Positions 19,059 to 27,964 of a DNA stretch of 53,014 nt are shown piece after piece. The DNA is taken from the IMG/VR virus record IMGVR_UViG_3300042914_003037, positions 1 through 53,014 of that record, one strand, 5' to 3'. This DNA comes from a virus. Taxonomy: Duplodnaviria; Caudoviricetes. Each line of letters opens with the position of its first letter. The first letter of the stretch is position 1. The notes beneath the pieces are model-generated. The model made no database searches, was not told the origin of the DNA, and saw nothing but the letters and a program-made list of their open reading frames with translations. The position numbers and the translations under genes are program-made.

Positions 19059-19379
19059 TCAAGCCGACACAGGATCGAGTGTTTCAATGAAATTGAGCAA
19101 GATATTGGTGATGTTTCGAGCCCCCACGGGATTCTGACTATGCACTGCAAACTCAGTAGGGAACGAGTTGATATCAGCATCCAGATAGCGATTGATCATC
19201 CAGTGAATGAAGATCATGCTGGTGTCTTTGTCCCCCAGATCGTGATCATAGGACACGAAAGATGGAACGCCACGATTAGCCACCATCACCATGGCTTCGT
19301 AAGAACTACGAACAATGACCCATTCCTTACCATCGTTAGGCGGAAATCGCTCATCATCGATGAACATGCGGTAGGTCAT
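19059..19379 (-). CDS. cyclic-phosphate-processing receiver-like domain protein
   Basis: FIDDER, VSYDHDLG, HSQNPVG motifs. Confidence 0.75.
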   Translation of the reverse strand: MTYRMFIDDERFPPNDGKEWVIVRSSYEAMVMVANRGVPSFVSYDHDLGDKDTSMIFIHWMINRYLDADINSFPTEFAVHSQNPVGARNITNILLNFIETLDPVSA

Positions 19380-19433
19380 TTCTTCCCTTTCTAACTGTCT
19401 ATGTATGTATTATATATCCAAACCGATTTATTG

Positions 19434-19703
19434 TCAATCGAGGAATTCAATGTCCTGTGGGTTAACCAGTGCATACTTGTCGGAGCGCTGGATCACCACC
19501 TTATTGAATTCCACAATGTTGCGACGAGCCCAGTCGGGAACATCCTCGCGCTCATTGTACACCGCTACAATGTCCCAGACCTCATTCTTGTCGTAGAGCT
19601 TGTCCTCACGGGTGGTGTAGGGAATCCAGCCTGACCACCAATAGTGAGTATTACTCTTAGGTGTTTGGACCTGAATCACAGTGCCTGCTTTGACTAGGAA
19701 CAT
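19434..19703 (-). CDS. hypothetical protein
   Basis: ORF behind promoter cassette. Confidence 0.7.
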   Translation of the reverse strand: MFLVKAGTVIQVQTPKSNTHYWWSGWIPYTTREDKLYDKNEVWDIVAVYNEREDVPDWARRNIVEFNKVVIQRSDKYALVNPQDIEFLD

Positions 19704-19944
19704 GTTTGCTCTTTCTACCTACTATGAATACAGTATAACAGAAAATGGATTTATTGTCAAGTCCTGAGACGTTGCCGTTGACTCTTTAGCCGCCAGAACA
19801 TGCGGTAGCGGCAACCCGAGCGGGTACGATGGAGACTACCTGTTCCGCAAATAAACCTGCCTTCCCACAAACGGCAGTATCTCTTGGGTTTTGGTTGATC
19901 CTGCAACAGGCGCCTGCTGGTTCGTTCGTAGACTCTTGTAAGCA

Positions 19945-20133
19945 TCATTCAATGACCTCAAAAGTAATTCTAACACGCGAACCTAAAGGCAAGTCGTCGC
20001 TAAAGTAAAAATATTCTGGTGGCAGGATATTTCGTTCGTCGTCAAACATGGCTTCCAATGTGTTTAACACTGTCAACTTCTTGACTGTCTTTTCATCATC
20101 AAACAAGGTCATATCAAAAGTAGTCTTCATCAT
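19945..20133 (-). CDS. hypothetical protein
   Basis: ATGA-coupled ORF. Confidence 0.6.
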   Translation of the reverse strand: MMKTTFDMTLFDDEKTVKKLTVLNTLEAMFDDERNILPPEYFYFSDDLPLGSRVRITFEVIE

Positions 20134-20321
20134 TCAACTTCCCAATCAATCTCATCCGTTTCACCAAGAGGTTCTACCTTGACGATCTTGGCGCCGTAAA
20201 TCTGTTGCTTGTTCCAGAAATTGGTCACATGCTTCTTGACGCCGGAAACAGAATTGCGTCCATATGTGATCCAAGTTTCCAACTTGCCTTCGTACAAAGC
20301 GGTGACGCGGTAGGCTTTCAT
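20130..20321 (-). CDS. hypothetical protein
   Basis: Start MKAYRV after AGGGG SD. Confidence 0.6.
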   Translation of the reverse strand: MKAYRVTALYEGKLETWITYGRNSVSGVKKHVTNFWNKQQIYGAKIVKVEPLGETDEIDWEVE

Positions 20322-20568
20322 CTTGTGCCCCTGTTCAAAATTGGGCGATAAGGGTAGGAATACCACCAGCAGGACCTTCCAGGATCACATCTTCAAGAGG
20401 TGCGGTAGTCATGCCGTGGCCGTACACGTAAGGATATGCCACACGAACCTCTTCGGTAGGATCAAGAGTTTGGAGAATGTTGATCAGTTCTGCTACGGTC
20501 ATTACGTCTGCTCCTGTTTTCTAACTTGAATACAGTATATCAGGAAATGGATTTATTGTCAAATTTGA

Positions 20569-20913
20569 TTACCAAGCGTGATAGATAACCATGTGGTCAA
20601 CACCAGGAACATTACCAACAGGACGATAGATTTGCATTTCGCCGTCCCAACCATCTTGGCTGAACAACCGATCCTCAGGACCAACGGTAACGAAACGCAC
20701 TTCCTTACCTGTGTGGTGGCTCTTAACGAAGAAAGTACGTGGCATACCAAAATATTCGGACGCCAACTTGAGCACCTTACGGCTCTTATCGTATTCGCAC
20801 AACTTGAGAGCCACGGTGGGGATAGTAGTCATTTCAGATTCCTCATCAAGAGACGGAACGGGGTAATGTTGATCTTCCCATTCGGGGGAAACCCTACGAA
20901 AATTTGAAATCAT
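20569..20913 (-). CDS. hypothetical protein
   Basis: ORF behind promoter cassette with GGAG SD. Confidence 0.7.
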   Translation of the reverse strand: MISNFRRVSPEWEDQHYPVPSLDEESEMTTIPTVALKLCEYDKSRKVLKLASEYFGMPRTFFVKSHHTGKEVRFVTVGPEDRLFSQDGWDGEMQIYRPVGNVPGVDHMVIYHAW

Positions 20914-21086
20914 CGTCTGACTCCGTTTTTCTAACTTGAATACAGTATATCAGGAAATGGATTTATTGTCAAATTTTGGTTATTCTTCTACCGCTCGGAT
21001 TGCGGCACGCACTTCACGAACTTGATGCCTTGCCAAGTGGAAGTCTTCGTCATCTTTTGCCACCTATCTGTGTTGTGATCAGGCAC

Positions 21087-21527
21087 TCATGCCAGAGACT
21101 CTGCCCATTTTTCATATTGCGGTGAAATTTTATCGCCACGCAAAGTCATGATGATTTCTTCCTCTTCGGTAAAGATCAATCCTAGTTTTTCCAGATTAAA
21201 CCGTCGTCCATCATCAGACATGTTAATCCAACGATTTACGATTTCATAACTTCCATGAAATATGCCATCTCTCTCAGGACATATGTCAAGAATCCATCGA
21301 ATCAGACTTTTAAGACCTTCGATTGAATTACCAGGATGACTGCGAAGTATTGCATCGGAAAAATTGTTTGCCAAAACAGAAGTAAAAAACGACCCCGGAT
21401 AATATCCATGCACCAAATAGTTATAAATTGGGTCAAAGTAATCCCGATTTACCTCGTAATGATAGTAAGACTGCAATGATTTTGTTGTAAGCAGGATTTT
21501 ATAACGACTGTATATACTGAGGTTCAT
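21087..21527 (-). CDS. hypothetical protein
   Basis: NYLVHGYYPGSFFTSVLAN phage-type motif. Confidence 0.75.
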   Translation of the reverse strand: MNLSIYSRYKILLTTKSLQSYYHYEVNRDYFDPIYNYLVHGYYPGSFFTSVLANNFSDAILRSHPGNSIEGLKSLIRWILDICPERDGIFHGSYEIVNRWINMSDDGRRFNLEKLGLIFTEEEEIIMTLRGDKISPQYEKWAESLA

Positions 21528-21549
21528 CTGTATTATTCGTTATCTAAGA

Positions 21550-21813
21550 TCAAGCCTTGAAACGGTCGTAAGTACGAATTGGGCTACGACTCTCAGTAGA
21601 CTTGACGATATATTCGATCTTAACGCCCTTAAGGGACAGTGCGGTAGTCAATGTGGGTAAATCGCAATCTTCTTCGAGATAGACAGTTCCACCTTTCTGA
21701 TAACTATAGGTTGTGATCTTGTCGGCAATACACAGTTCATAGAGTGTCTGGCGCTTGACAGCAGCCCAACCATGGCCCGAGTCCGAATAGAACTTGATCT
21801 TAAACACAGACAT
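21550..21813 (-). CDS. hypothetical protein
   Basis: DSGHGW...VYLEEDCD motif, GGAG SD. Confidence 0.75.
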   Translation of the reverse strand: MSVFKIKFYSDSGHGWAAVKRQTLYELCIADKITTYSYQKGGTVYLEEDCDLPTLTTALSLKGVKIEYIVKSTESRSPIRTYDRFKA

Positions 21814-21834
21814 GTTGATAACTCCAACTATGAA

Positions 21835-22110
21835 TTAGATCAAATCAACTTGAACTTGACGAAATCCTGCTACATCCTTGACCAACCCAGTTGGCAACTC
21901 GCGACCGTTACCCTTAGCAATACGGCGCAGATAAGACAACTTTTCTAGTGTGGTCCAAACTGCCACACGGGCATCAGTGGTCGCAAACAAATCCGTCATT
22001 TGCTGAACGGTGATCGTCATGCCGAATTCTTCACCGCTGTTAGCCACGAGAATGAAACGAAACTTTTGAGAATTCTTGAAACCGTCGATGATAGTCTTGG
22101 TGCGCATCAT
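21835..22110 (-). CDS. hypothetical protein
   Basis: ORF behind promoter cassette. Confidence 0.75.
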   Translation of the reverse strand: MMRTKTIIDGFKNSQKFRFILVANSGEEFGMTITVQQMTDLFATTDARVAVWTTLEKLSYLRRIAKGNGRELPTGLVKDVAGFRQVQVDLI

Positions 22111-22161
22111 TCGCTCCTGTTTTCTAACTTGAATACAGTATAACAGAAAATGGATTTAATG

Positions 22162-22428
22162 TCAAAATTCGGAATTGAGTCGTGCCCGTGCAGCCGACGC
22201 AAACTTGCTGATATTGCCACACTTGTCTTCCCAGCGCAGCAGACTACGAGCCGTGTAGCCGATTCCTGACCGATCTACGCAACGAGCCTCTTGATTCAGT
22301 TCTCCATTGACAAACACGCGAACATTGTAGCCATTGCCAATTTTCCGAACACTAATCTCGTGCTGACATTCGCCCAACAGCACACGCTTCATGGGCATGA
22401 TTTGTTCGTAACGAGCATTAAGCAACAT
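22162..22428 (-). CDS. hypothetical protein
   Basis: ORF behind promoter cassette. Confidence 0.75.
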   Translation of the reverse strand: MLLNARYEQIMPMKRVLLGECQHEISVRKIGNGYNVRVFVNGELNQEARCVDRSGIGYTARSLLRWEDKCGNISKFASAARARLNSEF

Positions 22429-22728
22429 GGTTTTCTCCTGTCTTTCTAACTTGAATACAGTATATCAGGAATTGGATTTATTGTCAAATAGTCATCAAGC
22501 AGATTTCACAAGTTGAAGAATGACTTTTCCCTCGAAAATAAAGTCCTCGCGAGAAGAACTCGACAAAGAAATCTGAGAAAACTTATACCAGTTTTGAGCA
22601 ATTAGCGCAGCGTTTTTTGCGCCAAAGAAATCGATCAGAAAATCAACAACATACTTGGGAAGCATGATATCTCCGTTCAGTGATTAGTGGATATAAGTAT
22701 ATCCCAGATCGTATTATTTGTCAAATTT

Positions 22729-23193
22729 TCAAGTGGCATACCAAATTTCTTTGTATCCTTCTTGTTCAGTTGGATCCTGCCAATGACGAATCATGCCGTC
22801 AATAACATTCTTAGGAATGCTTTTGCCAACACGACTATTCAAGCGACGAGTCAATTCTTCCTCAGGAGGAGTCTTAAACACAATCGCAATGTGATAGTAA
22901 TTTGGCAGCATTACAAATTTCTTTTTTCTGCTGCTGATGTTGGTTGAGGTTTGATCCCAAACAATGTTCTTTCCTTGACTCGATGCCAATTTTACTTGTT
23001 CGATCATCACATTTACGGCAGTCGGCATATACTCACTAAAAACTTGATCGTAAGTTTTGCCGACGCTTTGTGCGTACTCTTCAACCAACTTGTCAGTTGA
23101 AATGTATGCATAATTCTTCAACCATTCCTGATTGGAAACCCAAGTGCTTTTTCCACTACCAGGAACACCAACCAAAACATACGCAATAGACAT
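22729..23193 (-). CDS. P-loop kinase (AAA_33 / polynucleotide kinase-like)
   Basis: GVPGSGKST, ISTD, IVWDQT. Confidence 0.85.
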   Translation of the reverse strand: MSIAYVLVGVPGSGKSTWVSNQEWLKNYAYISTDKLVEEYAQSVGKTYDQVFSEYMPTAVNVMIEQVKLASSQGKNIVWDQTSTNISSRKKKFVMLPNYYHIAIVFKTPPEEELTRRLNSRVGKSIPKNVIDGMIRHWQDPTEQEGYKEIWYAT

Positions 23194-23663
23194 TATAAAT
23201 TTTCTCCCATATACTTACGATAATCTTCGCGCCAATTGTGACTTTTTACATCATAGTCAAGTCCCAATTCACTCATCATAAGACGCATGACGCGAGTATT
23301 AGGACTACGAAATTTTTCTACTGCATCGAAACCAAGTTTAGTTCCGACTTCGACTACAGCACCGCTGCGACAAATACCCGCAAAACAATGAACAATTACA
23401 TTCATTCGATTATCAAGTGCATGCTGTAGCAGTCCAATCAACTCTTTTGCTTGTTTTTCGCTAACGAACATTTCTGGATCGTCAGCTTCATCGTTATCAT
23501 CGATATCAAGAAATTCAAATGCATGTGTTTCCTTAAACACATGACGCGGCTTTGGAAACCAACTACCTGGATCCATGATCTGAATTAGCATAGAGTTCGG
23601 CCCAGCATCATGATGATATCCCAAAGAGATATCATCAGCAGCACAATTTTCAATCCAAGGCAT
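23193..23663 (-). CDS. protein-tyrosine/dual-specificity phosphatase-like protein
   Basis: VHCFAGICRS CX5R motif. Confidence 0.85.
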   Translation of the reverse strand: MPWIENCAADDISLGYHHDAGPNSMLIQIMDPGSWFPKPRHVFKETHAFEFLDIDDNDEADDPEMFVSEKQAKELIGLLQHALDNRMNVIVHCFAGICRSGAVVEVGTKLGFDAVEKFRSPNTRVMRLMMSELGLDYDVKSHNWREDYRKYMGENL

Positions 23664-23765
23664 ATTTTTCCTTTATTCTGTTAAATTAGATTCTATCTTA
23701 AAAGATATTTATTGTCAAATAAAAGCAAAAAGAGAACCTCGTGGTTCTCTTTTGTTAGAAAGTTC

Positions 23766-24374
23766 TCAATCAACATCTTGAATGGCTTTCCATCCTAATT
23801 TTAGCAAGTCTTCACGAATCTCATCAGTGACTACGCTTTCTGCGACATAGTTTTTAATAATATCAAAATGCTTTTTTAGTTCATCGTCTGCATCGTCGTA
23901 TTTTTCTTCAGAAATTCTATCACGAATTCCACTGCAATACCAATCGATGTAGTCACCCTCTTGAAGCATATCGGCAATTATTCCTCCAGCATGCCTCCAA
24001 CTACAAGACCAAGATTGCATTTGATCACTTGACAAAATCTCTACTATTTTTTCTGGTGTATTTTCTATTTCTATTTTTAGAAATTCGTTGTTGCACATTG
24101 CAGCATAAAGATTTTGAGCGTATGAAGTGCTACTTCTGACTTTTTTCAAAATCCAATCGGTAGTTCTTAAATCATACTCTAAATTATCTTTTTTCCAATC
24201 GTCTTGCGACTCTCTGTCTACAGTATATTCCAACGCATACTTATATTGTTCAATAACACTGTCTAATTCATCTTGCGTGGATTCTCCCCTTTCAAGTCTT
24301 TCTTTGGCACAACTCACGTGAAAAGTAAATCTATCTTTGCTACGACTTGGTTCAGTCATACTAAATCTTTCCAT
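23766..24374 (-). CDS. conserved phage hypothetical protein
   Basis: YAQNLYAAMCNN, WSCSWRHAGGIIAD, DYIDWYCSG. Confidence 0.8.
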   Translation of the reverse strand: MERFSMTEPSRSKDRFTFHVSCAKERLERGESTQDELDSVIEQYKYALEYTVDRESQDDWKKDNLEYDLRTTDWILKKVRSSTSYAQNLYAAMCNNEFLKIEIENTPEKIVEILSSDQMQSWSCSWRHAGGIIADMLQEGDYIDWYCSGIRDRISEEKYDDADDELKKHFDIIKNYVAESVVTDEIREDLLKLGWKAIQDVD

Positions 24375-25386
24375 AAATCGATGTAGTGTATTTACTACTT
24401 AAAACAACATCACCGTTCAAATCTTCTTGTCTTACCCATCCAGACAAATGATTCATGTGATCGGTGGCCCAAGTTTCCAAAACCGCCATAACTCCAGCAG
24501 CAGTGCTACGCTGAATTGCAGTCGCGTTTTCATTGCATGATATTTTCTGAACATATTGTCTTACGCTACTTGTTGATTGTCCAACATTTTGACCAGTCAC
24601 ATTTATGTAAATGTAAACAACATCGTCAGTGGTAGTTGGAATACAATCATTGAACAATTTTACATAAGTGTCAAAATTCTCAGCAAGACCAAGATCATCA
24701 CGCAAGAATTTAATGTTATCCCAATGTCCTGGATATCTAAGCGTTTTGTAATTTACATTGTGTGCTCTTAATTGCCAAGATTCTGGAAGACTGCCAATTC
24801 CACCGCTGGTATTTGCTGCTTCTAACTCAACGCCGTGTATTTCTACTTTTTCCAGACCATCCAGCGGATCAAGATTGACCAACACGCCATTGACCAAAGC
24901 AGGGCAAGGATTGATATATTCGTTTATCAGGCCCTCTGTATTCCAGGTTCTGTAATACTTTAATGAATTATTTGAGTGTGTAGGCAAAGCACCAACTCGT
25001 ATTTGAATCGAGTTTACTCGATCAAACTTGTTGGCCAAACTGTTAGCGATAATGCTAACCATTCCTGGAGCCAGTCCACACTGAGTGACAAACTTTGCAT
25101 TAGTCAGTGTTTTTACATAATCAGTTACCGTTACGCTTTCGGTTAAATCAAAATAATCAACGCCCGACTGATTACACAATTCTGCAATTTGCACATTCAA
25201 ATAAAACGGCGTGCTGCACAAAACTCCATCTACCGTTGAGATAATATCTCGGAGTGTTTTTGAATCACTCAGATCATGACCCAAAGATAAATCATATCCA
25301 CTAACCGCAAAATTAAAATCAGATGACAAGGTGTCATAAACATATTTTCCAATATGTCCCATTCCTAATATAGCAAGTTTCTTCAT
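24361..25386 (-). CDS. saccharopine dehydrogenase / lysine 6-dehydrogenase family oxidoreductase
   Basis: GMGHIG Rossmann motif, YFDLTE, QCGLAPG, RVGALP, GLINEY, YKTLRYPGH. Confidence 0.88.
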   Translation of the reverse strand: MKKLAILGMGHIGKYVYDTLSSDFNFAVSGYDLSLGHDLSDSKTLRDIISTVDGVLCSTPFYLNVQIAELCNQSGVDYFDLTESVTVTDYVKTLTNAKFVTQCGLAPGMVSIIANSLANKFDRVNSIQIRVGALPTHSNNSLKYYRTWNTEGLINEYINPCPALVNGVLVNLDPLDGLEKVEIHGVELEAANTSGGIGSLPESWQLRAHNVNYKTLRYPGHWDNIKFLRDDLGLAENFDTYVKLFNDCIPTTTDDVVYIYINVTGQNVGQSTSSVRQYVQKISCNENATAIQRSTAAGVMAVLETWATDHMNHLSGWVRQEDLNGDVVLSSKYTTSIYGKI

Positions 25387-25387
25387 A

Positions 25388-25693
25388 TTAGCTGGTCCTA
25401 ACAATCAAATGCCAGCCAAATTGTGTTTGAACTGGAGCACTAAGTTGTCCTACACTTAGCCCAAAAGCAGTGTCTTCAAATGGCTTGACCATCATCCCGC
25501 GACCAAATAGTCCAAGATTTCCGCCATTTTGTCCGCTGGGACATTTACTATGCTGTTTGGCAAGTTCTACAAACTTATCCATAGTAGCGGACTGTGATAA
25601 CTCGTTTTGTAGTTGCTGTGCTAACTCAGCACTCTCAACTAAAATATGACAAGCACTCACTTGCTCAACGCTGTTTTGCTCACTATTGCTCAT
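25388..25693 (-). CDS. ppiC: parvulin-type peptidyl-prolyl isomerase
   Basis: HILV, HSKCPSGQNGGNLG.F.RGMMVKPFE, QTQFGWHLI. Confidence 0.93.
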   Translation of the reverse strand: MSNSEQNSVEQVSACHILVESAELAQQLQNELSQSATMDKFVELAKQHSKCPSGQNGGNLGLFGRGMMVKPFEDTAFGLSVGQLSAPVQTQFGWHLIVRTS

Positions 25694-25808
25694 TGTTTTT
25701 CCTTTGTTTGTGTCTGTTAGTTTATTGTGCTCAGCACAATTTGTCAATGTTTTATTATACCATTATGGTACGGAGATGTAGAAGCAATGATAGAACTTAT
25801 ACCATCTG

Positions 25809-25895
25809 TCAGAGTGGCAGGATTCGAACCTGCGACGAGATTGCTCTCTCCTGCTCCCAAAGCAGGTCGACTAAACCGGACTATCGGACACTCTG
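25809..25895 (-). tRNA. tRNA-Pro(TGG), atypical (long variable arm, no CCA, extended flanking stem)
   Basis: CAGAGTG/CACTCTG acceptor, CCTGC-TTTGGGA-GCAGG, canonical T-arm. Confidence 0.75.
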
Positions 25896-25909
25896 ACAGA
25901 TGATACAAA

Positions 25910-25985
25910 TGGTGCATCCTGTAGGGATTGAACCTACGACCTACGCCTTGTAAGGGCGCCGCTACTACCGCTGAGCTAAGGATGC
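25910..25985 (-). tRNA. tRNA-Val(TAC)
   Basis: Cloverleaf with CCA. Confidence 0.92.
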
Positions 25986-25993
25986 AATAAAAA

Positions 25994-26069
25994 TGGAGCG
26001 GGTAACCGGGTTCGAACCGGTGACATCTTCCTTGGCAAGGAAGTGCTCTACCAACTGAGCTACACCCGC
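25994..26069 (-). tRNA. tRNA-Gly(GCC)
   Basis: Cloverleaf with CCA. Confidence 0.95.
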
Positions 26070-26384
26070 ATTTTATTGAAACACATTAGTACCAAACTTT
26101 TTCGCCCCGGGCCGGCCTATATGTCTATGCATCGTAGCGTTGGTCCTTGACGGGTGTTCAAATGCGCTTCAATAAAATGTCGTTGCTACCACTACCACAT
26201 GGCCCACCGACCGAGTTGCTTACCCTGTCACGACGATATTTTATATGGAAGGGTATCGTGTCCTCCTAAGGTATTTTCAAGACGCCCATGTTAAGACGGG
26301 CCTTGCGGTAAAATCCCTACGCACCGCGTGGTTATGGTAACCACAATACCCACTTTTGTAAAGCCAAAGTGTAAGACTGGTTAC

Positions 26385-26459
26385 TGGAGCGGGTGACAGG
26401 GATCGAACCTGCGACGAACAGCTTGGAAGGCTGACACTCTACCACTGAGTTACACCCGC
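26385..26459 (-). tRNA. tRNA-Gly(TCC)
   Basis: Cloverleaf with CCA. Confidence 0.95.
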
Positions 26460-26465
26460 GTTGTC

Positions 26466-26525
26466 TAACAGAATGCCTTTTTGTCAAATTACAATTTTGA
26501 TTTTATGTTTGCTGTAAGCATTCTA
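26466..26525 (-). ncRNA. stem/WCAGCAA motif RNA copy 5 (short, with anticodon-like hairpin)
   Basis: TAGAATGC-TTACAGCAA..TCAAA-ATTGTAA-TTTGA..GCATTCTG-TTA. Confidence 0.65.
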
Positions 26526-26530
26526 AATTT

Positions 26531-26605
26531 TGGTTGCGGGCCCTGGAGTCGCACCAGGTATCTACAGGTTATGAGCCTGTCGGGTTACTGTCTCCCTCGC
26601 CCGCA
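26531..26605 (-). tRNA. tRNA-Met(CAT), possibly initiator-type
   Basis: TGCGGGC/GCCCGCA acceptor, CTCATAA loop, CCA. Confidence 0.8.
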
Positions 26606-26612
26606 ATATAAC

Positions 26613-26801
26613 TTATTTATACTTGTTTAACCACGGAACTTCTTGCCAATACCCTTCAGTATAATACTCAAGATTTCCCTGATTGTTTATTCTGTAATCT
26701 CCATGTTTATCTGTTTCACTATGTTCATAGTGTATCATCGTATTGCTATGATTGTCAATCAATTGTTTATCCATTTGTTTATCCAATTTTTCATCTTTCA
26801 T
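26613..26801 (-). CDS. hypothetical protein
   Basis: ORF between tRNAs; AATAAATA upstream. Confidence 0.55.
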   Translation of the reverse strand: MKDEKLDKQMDKQLIDNHSNTMIHYEHSETDKHGDYRINNQGNLEYYTEGYWQEVPWLNKYK

Positions 26802-26845
26802 ACAAATATTTATTCATGACAACACTGAGCGTAAATTATATATTG

Positions 26846-26922
26846 TGGTGGTCAAGGGGATGCTCGAAATCCCACATTCCAACTTATGAGTTTGGCTCTA
26901 CTTCCTCTTAAGATACTTGACC
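26846..26922 (-). tRNA. tRNA-Met/Ile2(CAT), divergent
   Basis: GGTCAAG/CTTGACC acceptor, CTCATAA loop, CCA. Confidence 0.75.
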
Positions 26923-26928
26923 GATATT

Positions 26929-27002
26929 TGGTGCCTCCGGATGGTTACGCTCCACCGACAACCGCTTATCAAGCGGACGTTATACTATTTAACTAAGGAG
27001 GC
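26929..27002 (-). tRNA. tRNA-Ile(GAT), atypical T-loop
   Basis: TTGATAA loop, T-loop AGCGTAA, CCA. Confidence 0.8.
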
Positions 27003-27010
27003 AAATTATT

Positions 27011-27084
27011 TGGCAGAGGGTGAGGGAATCGAACCCACGAATTCGGAATCAAAACCCGATGTTATACCATTTAACTAACCCCCA
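27011..27084 (-). tRNA. tRNA-Gln(TTG)
   Basis: Cloverleaf with CCA. Confidence 0.88.
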
Positions 27085-27098
27085 ACAGAAAATTATTA

Positions 27099-27220
27099 TA
27101 ACAGGTTCTCTTTTTAAGTGCTACCACTACACCAATACTGCCGACCAAACAGTATCTGGGATTCGAACCCAGCCCTTCTTTTTTTCTGAAAGTTTAAAAT
27201 TATTTGCTGAAAAGAACCTA
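27099..27220 (-). ncRNA. Y-RNA-like RNA with permuted tRNA domain (motif copy 6)
   Basis: TAGGTTCT-TTTCAGCAA, T-arm CTGGG-TTCGAAT-CCCAG, ATACTGT/GCAGTAT closed acceptor, D-arm GTGTAGTGGTAGCAC, AGAACCTG. Confidence 0.75.
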
Positions 27221-27230
27221 ATGGTCTATT

Positions 27231-27707
27231 TTAATCGAATCTAAGCGATGTCGTTTGCTTTGGGGCAACGCCATCGTAGCGTTTTGTTATTTCTTCGCCT
27301 CGTTCTATGAATTTAATGGCTCTTAAACCAACTATTCTGTGAACTGTATCAATCACTTGTTCGCTATTTGGAGTGTCACTATGATTTACAAGTAAAAATG
27401 GACTAACAAAAACTCCATTTTTAAATCTGTCAGTTGATCTAAACTTAGGAATATCAGAATCGGGAAGTTTATACTCTATGTTTCCAACTGGTAAAACCTT
27501 TTCATTGTTTTTCCATTTTAGACCCATGCGTTTTACAAAAATTGTATCTTTAATCTTATTCCAATCGCTCTCGCTAATTGCAACTACTGGTCCCAAATGT
27601 ATTAGTGTTCCAGCAGGAATATCTCCCGCCGCAAACAACCCGTTTCCAGCATTTGGAATTTTTGATTTGGATACTACAGTAGACGAATATATTTCGTTGA
27701 TACGCAT
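27231..27707 (-). CDS. SET-domain protein (lysine methyltransferase fold)
   Basis: SKIPNAGNGLFA..DI..G, NHSDTPN, AIKFIERGEEITKRY. Confidence 0.88.
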   Translation of the reverse strand: MRINEIYSSTVVSKSKIPNAGNGLFAAGDIPAGTLIHLGPVVAISESDWNKIKDTIFVKRMGLKWKNNEKVLPVGNIEYKLPDSDIPKFRSTDRFKNGVFVSPFLLVNHSDTPNSEQVIDTVHRIVGLRAIKFIERGEEITKRYDGVAPKQTTSLRFD

Positions 27708-27723
27708 CTACTATTTATGCTCT

Positions 27724-27797
27724 TGGCGTCTCTCCACGGTACCGCCCCGCATTCCTCAGTTTTGGAGACTGATACATCACTTTAATGCTTGAGAGAC
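27724..27797 (-). tRNA. tRNA-Trp(CCA), atypical T-loop
   Basis: TCAGT-CTCCAAA-ACTGA, T-loop GGCGGTA, G73, CCA. Confidence 0.8.
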
Positions 27798-27874
27798 ATT
27801 ATTTTGGCAGTGAGTGTGGGATTTGAACCCAAACCTGCGTTTTTTTTCAATCATGCTGGATAGGCAAATTAAAT

Positions 27875-27964
27875 TGGCGGAGTGACTGGGACTTGAACCC
27901 AGAAGCCGTATTACTACAGCCGACGGATTAGCAATCCGCTCCAATACCATTATGGGATCACTCC
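27875..27964 (-). tRNA. tRNA-Ser(GCT)
   Basis: Cloverleaf, long variable arm, CCA. Confidence 0.9.

Larger units (their letters stand above)
19018..22487 (-). repeat. dispersed repeated early promoter cassettes (19018-19062, 19390-19437, 19712-19760, 20518-20562, 20927-20972, 22119-22164, 22443-22487)
   Basis: Near-identical TTGACAATAAATCC..TATACTGTATTCAAGTTAGAAA..GGAG units, each heading a small ORF. Confidence 0.85.

Noticed and set aside
27805-27872. Tenth copy of the WCAGCAA motif fused to a tRNA 3' half
   Set aside because: It has TCCAGCATG, an A-tract, a T-arm and CCA, but the stem is weak and the consensus is imperfect, so it was not counted.
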